A DNA stretch of 64,000 bases from an uncultured bacterium. GTDB taxonomy: Bacteria > Babelota > Babeliae > Babelales > Babelaceae. This document shows positions 58,668 to 64,000 of this stretch, one piece after another. How positions within the stretch are numbered: position 1 is the first letter of the stretch; every line of letters begins with the position of its first letter. Position numbers and translations under genes: made by a program. The notes beneath the pieces are model-generated. The model did no database searches. It had not been told where the DNA came from and worked only from the letters and a program-made list of their open reading frames with translations. The stretch spans positions 32,001 to 96,000 of the forward strand of contig CAVRKK010000001.1 of NCBI GenBank assembly GCA_963722385.1, in the 5' to 3' direction.

Positions 58668-59159
58668 GTGAAAAGTTTAGCTCTATCTGTCTTTGTTATT
58701 TCTCTTCTTATAAGCTTAGAATTACAGGCTACTAATTGCACAGGAATATCATATGCTGCATTACCAAACTGTGGTAGAACTAGTTCTTACCTTTCCAATT
58801 CAATAGCATTTTCACCAGATGGTTTATGCCTTGCTATTGGTACCGATAATGGGTTGGGTGCAGGATGTGTAGCGATATTTCAAGTAGCAGCAAACGGTAC
58901 CTTATTAGGCGGAACATCGTATGGCTCTGGTACTAGCCCTATCTCAATAGCATTTTCACCGGGTGGGTCTTATCTTGCTACCGCTAATAAGGGTTCAAGT
59001 GATGTAACGGTGTTTATTGCTTCTAATTGCTTACCCATAGGAACAAGTACAACCACCGGTACGGGTACCGGCACAAGTACAAGTGGTACTTATACAGGCA
59101 CCAGCGCAGGTACCAATGCTGCAAACTCTTTACCATGTTTTATTACTTCTTTGTTTTAA
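58668..59159 (+). CDS. Short exported two-blade paralog of the 53924..55165 propeller with a Thr/Gly-rich tail
   Basis: SIAFSPDGLCLAI and SIAFSPGGSYLATANKGSSDVTVF repeats. Confidence 0.7.
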   Translation: MKSLALSVFVISLLISLELQATNCTGISYAALPNCGRTSSYLSNSIAFSPDGLCLAIGTDNGLGAGCVAIFQVAANGTLLGGTSYGSGTSPISIAFSPGGSYLATANKGSSDVTVFIASNCLPIGTSTTTGTGTGTSTSGTYTGTSAGTNAANSLPCFITSLF

Positions 59160-59306
59160 CTAAAGGGTACCTAAATGGCCCAAACAGGTAAAAGGTAAAA
59201 AACCTGATTTGATTTGACATACCTATTGATTTATCATCTGTAATTCAGTCATTTGGTGATATCTACGTTAGCTTAAGAAGTTCTGCACAGAGGCAAGCTT
59301 GCCAAG

Positions 59307-59343
59307 AGTAAAACCTCCTTTCAAAAATGAAGGAGGTTTTACT
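59307..59343. terminator. Terminator-like hairpin
   Basis: agtaaaacctcctt...aaggaggttttact. Confidence 0.7.
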
Positions 59344-59609
59344 TTATTTTACCTCGAATGTACACATCACAATGTTTTTTTGAAAGTATAAAGCATTCTG
59401 CTTCCAATAAAGAGGCTGCCTCCACTCCCTATGGCCGGTCAAGCCATGCGCCTATGTATATTAAAAGCCTCGAGAACGGCAGGAGGTGCGTGATTTTCTT
59501 GCCAAATATGACAAAGAAATGCATGAAACGTGCTGAATTTTGGTTTATGGGTAATTTCGGTTACACTAGAAGTTAACTGCTTTAATAATTACTTAAGAAA
59601 GGCTCCGCC

Positions 59610-62480
59610 ATGGCAGACGAGGAACGCACAGTAAGTTTTAAAGAAACCTTAAATCTTCCGCGCACCGATTTTCCTATTCGGCCTCAACCTGCTATTGACG
59701 ATCCTGCTATGATTATTCGCTGGCATGACGATGAGCTTTACGAGAAATCGTTTCATGCGCATGGGGGCGCCAAGAAATATGTTTTGCATGTTGGACCTCC
59801 TTATGCTAATGGTCATATTCATTTAGGTCATGCGTATGACTGGATTTTAAAAGACATTCTTACCAAAGCGTATCGTATGGCTGGGTACCATGTCCCGGTC
59901 AAGCCTGGTTGGGATTGTCATGGCTTACCTATTGAAATCAAGGTTGCGAAAGAAAATCCCGATCTCTCTGCGCTCGAGCTTAAGAAAGCGTGCCGTGCCT
60001 ATGCACAGCACTGGGTCGAGGTCCAAAGTCAGGAGTTTCAGCGGTTAGGCATTCTTATGGACTGGGCACATCCCTATCTTACTATGTCCCCGCATTATGA
60101 GGCCAAAACGGTACAGGCCTTTGGTCGCCTGCTTGAGCAGGGCTTTATTGAGCGAAAAAATAAAACGGTTCCCTGGTGTTTTGTCGATCAGACCGTCTTA
60201 GCTGCTGCCGAAATCGAGTATAAAGATCGCAAGGACCCTTCTGTTTATGCTCTGTTTCCTCTTGATCCTGCCTGGGTGAGCACTTACGTCCCCGGCATGC
60301 ACGAAGCCGTATCGCTTATTGTTTGGACGACAACGCCGTGGACCTTGCCACTTAATCGCGCAGTATTGCTCAAAGCTGGGGCGCAGTATGTCTTAGCCCG
60401 TTTGAAAGGCCAGCTTGCTATTGTTGGCTATGAAGCATTGCCACGGGTTGCCAAGCTTATTGATGCCGAGCCTGAGGTAATACAAGTGTTTCCTGCTGAG
60501 TTGCTTGCCTCTGCCCGTGTTTATCACCCGCTCAGTGATTATACCGTGCCGGTGATTTTTGACGAGTCGGTGGATTTGGCTGAGGGGACAGCCTGTGTAC
60601 ATATAGCTCCTGGCTGTGGGCAGCTTGATTATGAGCTCGGGGTTAAGCATGGGCTTGAGATTTACTCGCCCATAAGCCTTGTTGGAACGTATACCGAGGG
60701 AATTGTGCCCGCAGAGTTGCAAGGAAAATCTGTTACTGAGGGCCAGGGCTGGGTCATAGCCGAGCTTGCTCGCGCCGGCCGCTTATTTTATAAGGGAACT
60801 ATCACCCATAGCTATCCGCATTGTTGGCGGTGCCACAATGGTCTTATTTTTCGGGCGACCAGGCAGTGGTTCTTTAATTTGGCGCATAAAAGTGTTAAGC
60901 AGCGTGCTGTTGACGCTACCGATACTATCAGCTTTTTGCCGCCGCAGGGGAGAAATTTTTTACGAGCAACCTTAGAAAGCCGTTGGGAGTGGTGCCTTTC
61001 GCGTCAGCGTACATGGGGTACACCGATTCCAGCTCTTATGTGTGCTACCTGTGATTATGTTTATTGCACACCGGAATTTGTTGATCGTGTTGCGCAGTCT
61101 ATTGCCGTTGAGGGAGTTGAGTACTGGGAACGTGTGCCGGTTAGTGAGTTATTGCTTGATCATCCGATAACCTGCCCGCATTGCGAGACATCCCATTTTG
61201 TCAAAGAGAAGGACATTCTTGATGTCTGGTTTGACGCGGGAGTTAGCCATTATGTAATGCTCTATAACAATCCTGAGCTTAGTTTTCCTGCGGATATCTA
61301 CCTTGAAGGTATTGACCAGCACCGGGGCTGGTTTCAAAGCGCATTGTTGACCGGGCTGGTGCTTGAGGGTCAGGCTCCTATGAAGGCGATCATGACCCAT
61401 GGATTTACGGTTGACGAGAAAGGGCAAAAAATGTCCAAGTCGCTTGGCAATGTCGTGGCACCAATGGACGTTATGGCGCAATTGGGTACTGATGGTTTAC
61501 GACTTTGGGTCGCCAGTGTTGGGCATGAGGGCGATGCCGTTATCTCGGATGTTTTGTTGAAAAATGTGGGTGAGGTGTTGCGTAAGATTCGTAATACCGC
61601 GCGCTTTCTCTTGTCGAATTTATATGATTTTACTTTTGATCAAGATCACGTTGCCGTAGACAAGCTTGTTGTGATTGACCGAGCTATTTTGGCCTATGCT
61701 GCTCTTTTAAACCAGTCGGTTATTGGGCATTATAAAGCGGGTAATTTTACTGCTGTTTTTCATGGGTTGGCTGATTTTGTCACGGTTTACTTAAGCTCCT
61801 GGTATCTTGATGTTATTAAAGACCGTCTTTACGTTGAAAAGGCTGACGGTTACCTGCGTCGGTCAGCTCAAACGGCGTGTTGGTATTTATTAGACATGTT
61901 AACGAGGCTTATGGCCCCCATTATGTCATTTACTGCTGAGCAGTTAAGCGACCAGTATCAGAAAGACAAGAGCAAATCGGTTCACTTACAGCTTTTTGCT
62001 GAGCTTCCTGAAGTTCCTGTCGATGTATCGCTTGGAGGCAGCGTTGCTGCTACGCGCGAGATGCTTGGCCGCGCTGCGGAAGGCAGTGGATTTATAGCGA
62101 TGTGGGAGCTATTACGTGAACTGCGCTCTTGGGTGCTTAAGGCGATTGAAATTGAGCGCGAAAAGGGGTTGATCAAGCATTCCTTGGAGGCGCGGGTAAC
62201 CTTATTCGCAAGTCCTGCTATGAAAGGCTCTGTGGCATTTGGCGATTTTCTTAAGCTTTTGGCAACGCATGAGCAGTCGGTCGAGGACTTTTTTAAAGAG
62301 TTCTTAATAGTTTCGCAGGTTGTTTTTGCTAGCCAGCAAGATGATTTGCCAGAAAGCGGCTACAAGGGCTGGTATGTTCGTGTCGAGCATGCTCTTGGGG
62401 CTAAGTGTCCGCGATGCTGGAATTGGGATGTTGGCGAGCGTTCTCATCAGCTCTGTCGTCGCTGCTCATTGCTTGTATAA
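59610..62480 (+). CDS. ileS: Isoleucine--tRNA ligase (type 1)
   Basis: GPPYANGHIHLGH, WTTTPWTLP, KMSKSLGN and a C-terminal CPRC..C.RC zinc finger. Confidence 0.97.
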   Translation: MADEERTVSFKETLNLPRTDFPIRPQPAIDDPAMIIRWHDDELYEKSFHAHGGAKKYVLHVGPPYANGHIHLGHAYDWILKDILTKAYRMAGYHVPVKPGWDCHGLPIEIKVAKENPDLSALELKKACRAYAQHWVEVQSQEFQRLGILMDWAHPYLTMSPHYEAKTVQAFGRLLEQGFIERKNKTVPWCFVDQTVLAAAEIEYKDRKDPSVYALFPLDPAWVSTYVPGMHEAVSLIVWTTTPWTLPLNRAVLLKAGAQYVLARLKGQLAIVGYEALPRVAKLIDAEPEVIQVFPAELLASARVYHPLSDYTVPVIFDESVDLAEGTACVHIAPGCGQLDYELGVKHGLEIYSPISLVGTYTEGIVPAELQGKSVTEGQGWVIAELARAGRLFYKGTITHSYPHCWRCHNGLIFRATRQWFFNLAHKSVKQRAVDATDTISFLPPQGRNFLRATLESRWEWCLSRQRTWGTPIPALMCATCDYVYCTPEFVDRVAQSIAVEGVEYWERVPVSELLLDHPITCPHCETSHFVKEKDILDVWFDAGVSHYVMLYNNPELSFPADIYLEGIDQHRGWFQSALLTGLVLEGQAPMKAIMTHGFTVDEKGQKMSKSLGNVVAPMDVMAQLGTDGLRLWVASVGHEGDAVISDVLLKNVGEVLRKIRNTARFLLSNLYDFTFDQDHVAVDKLVVIDRAILAYAALLNQSVIGHYKAGNFTAVFHGLADFVTVYLSSWYLDVIKDRLYVEKADGYLRRSAQTACWYLLDMLTRLMAPIMSFTAEQLSDQYQKDKSKSVHLQLFAELPEVPVDVSLGGSVAATREMLGRAAEGSGFIAMWELLRELRSWVLKAIEIEREKGLIKHSLEARVTLFASPAMKGSVAFGDFLKLLATHEQSVEDFFKEFLIVSQVVFASQQDDLPESGYKGWYVRVEHALGAKCPRCWNWDVGERSHQLCRRCSLLV

Positions 62481-62486
62481 CTCTAT

Positions 62487-64000
62487 TTACTTGCCGGGAG
62501 GTGCGAGCTTGCTGAGCATCTCCTCGGTGGGTGTTTTTTTCTTCTTTTCGCCAATTTCTTCTTGAATTTTGCCAAAGGTCTCTGAAACCGCTTTGATGTT
62601 TTCGCTTACTTTTTTTAATGTTTGCCCGTCGGGAGTGGCAAGCTGTTTTTCCGTGTAAGCATCAAATGCTTTTTGTGCGAGCTCAATATTTTTCGCAAAG
62701 TCTTTGGTATTTTTCTCTAAGCTTTTCCAGAGGGTTTTATATTGCTTCTTCTGGCGGTCTTTAGCCTTTTGAAGGCTTTTCTCTACGTACGTTAACTTCT
62801 CGGTCAGATCATTAAGATGGGTTGACTCGGCAAAGCGGGTGACATCAGCTGTCAGTTCTTCAGCAGGTGTTGTGGCCTTTTGAAGGTTTTCAAAAAATGG
62901 CTTGTCAAAATGCTCATTAAACATAAAGAAGCGCTGGTCAAGGTCTAGAAGCTGCTGTGCGAGTGCGTCATAGCTTTCTTTTTTCTCTTCTTTTTTTTCT
63001 TTATCTTTCTCTTTGCCCGCTGCTTTGCCCTTTTCTTGTTCTTTCTTTTCTTTATCTTTCTCTTCTTTCTTTTCTTCTTCTTTTTCCTCTTCTTTCTTAC
63101 CTCCTGGCTTTCCGCCACCGACGCCGCCCGGTTTCCCCTTGCCGCCTGGCTTTTCTGTCTTTTTTTGTGGTGGTTTTTCTGGTGCGCGCTCGCCACTTGG
63201 CTTAAAGGATGGTCGTTCACCGCTTGGCAGCGATGGCCTTTCCCATGGTGACCCGAATGCCCCACGCGAGGGGCGTTCGGGTCGTATATGAATCGTTTTG
63301 CCGTATGGTTCAGCGGCTGCAAATGCCTTGTGCTCTTTAAGTCGCTCAGCTTGTTCTTTTTCCATTTGCTTTCTTAGCGCGAGCTCTTCAGGTTCATACT
63401 TTTTTATAAATTGTTCAAGGCCATTGAGTAATTGGTCTTGGTAGATCGCGTTGCCCAAGATTGACGTAATTGCTTGGCGTGCGCTTTCCAATGATTTTGT
63501 TGTTGCTTGTTGGGCTGTCTGTATAGCCTGTAGCTCTTGATTTACGATGGCGCGTGATTGTGGGTCTTTGATTCTTTCGTAAGCATCCTTAACGAAGTCC
63601 GCATTTATTTGCGCTTCTCGTAGGGCTTTTTCTATTTCAGCGGCACTCCATTGTGCTTGCATGAGGCGTTGGCGCAAGCCGGATATATCGAACCGTTGGC
63701 TGATTTCGGCATATGCCTCATCGATAGCTTCTTGTGTAGCGGACGGCATTAATCCAAGAATTTCATAAGGGTCCTCCCATTGCTGGGGCTTTTCTATAGG
63801 CATGCTTAGTATTGGCTCATATGTTTCTAAAGCCCTATTAAGCCTTTCGAGCGACCAGCGGAGCTTGTCATTTTCAGTTGCTGCAAGCCGTTGATAGTTC
63901 TCAGACGTATTAATCGTTAATAATGTATTGATGAGCTTATTGGTATCAGGTAGCCATGTTTTTAGCGGCACTTTTAGCCTTGCAAGGTCAAGACGCCGAA
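62487..64000 (-). CDS. Large hypothetical protein (start outside window) with an HPD-less J-like domain and K/E-rich linker
   Basis: Frame is open to the window edge; DPYEILGL..SAT..EI..AY...VKDAYERIKDP..R. Confidence 0.7.
   Translation of the reverse strand, partial: RRLDLARLKVPLKTWLPDTNKLINTLLTINTSENYQRLAATENDKLRWSLERLNRALETYEPILSMPIEKPQQWEDPYEILGLMPSATQEAIDEAYAEISQRFDISGLRQRLMQAQWSAAEIEKALREAQINADFVKDAYERIKDPQSRAIVNQELQAIQTAQQATTKSLESARQAITSILGNAIYQDQLLNGLEQFIKKYEPEELALRKQMEKEQAERLKEHKAFAAAEPYGKTIHIRPERPSRGAFGSPWERPSLPSGERPSFKPSGERAPEKPPQKKTEKPGGKGKPGGVGGGKPGGKKEEEKEEEKKEEKDKEKKEQEKGKAAGKEKDKEKKEEKKESYDALAQQLLDLDQRFFMFNEHFDKPFFENLQKATTPAEELTADVTRFAESTHLNDLTEKLTYVEKSLQKAKDRQKKQYKTLWKSLEKNTKDFAKNIELAQKAFDAYTEKQLATPDGQTLKKVSENIKAVSETFGKIQEEIGEKKKKTPTEEMLSKLAPPGK

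Noticed and set aside
59350..59600. T-box riboswitch upstream of ileS
   Set aside because: No T-box consensus (GGTGGnACCGCG) is visible
62945..63322. Lys/Arg-rich and Phe/Ser/Leu-rich ORFs
   Set aside because: Shadow frames of the KE-rich linker of the real minus-strand gene

Overview
Bacterial chromosome window of moderate GC content. It alternates housekeeping genes (nagZ, tRNA-His, tRNA-Pro, rodA, ruvB, yebC, yicC, maf, dnaE, pepA, ftsW, murD, ileS) with many signal-peptide-bearing, eukaryote-like proteins: ankyrin repeats, J-domain+ankyrin, GT34+Sel1, a Hint-domain protein, beta-propellers and small Cys-rich peptides. It also holds MNT-HEPN and AbrB/PemK toxin-antitoxin modules, three AAA/DUF4143 paralogs, a decayed parA/RHH plasmid-like islet and one complete IS1202-like (ISNCY) element. 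The gene content suggests an intracellular parasite or symbiont of protists, probably Candidatus Dependentiae/Babelota (TM6); this is inference only. The most notable signal is a candidate 'host-addressing code' on exported proteins. Five ankyrin-type proteins would start with Met (mostly Met-Glu/Asp) after signal cleavage. Several exported proteins end in eukaryotic-type C-terminal signals: CaaX boxes (CLLM, CMVM), ER-retrieval-like HDEL and KTEL, and F-box-like tails. Other oddities are an RNase HII lacking its junction-sensing residues, a catalase with Met at the proximal Tyr position, a TrmH-MarR fusion, a dispersed structured repeat and phased 8-bp centromere-like arrays. No CRISPR array or rRNA was seen. 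All family calls come from motif recognition by eye, not database searches.
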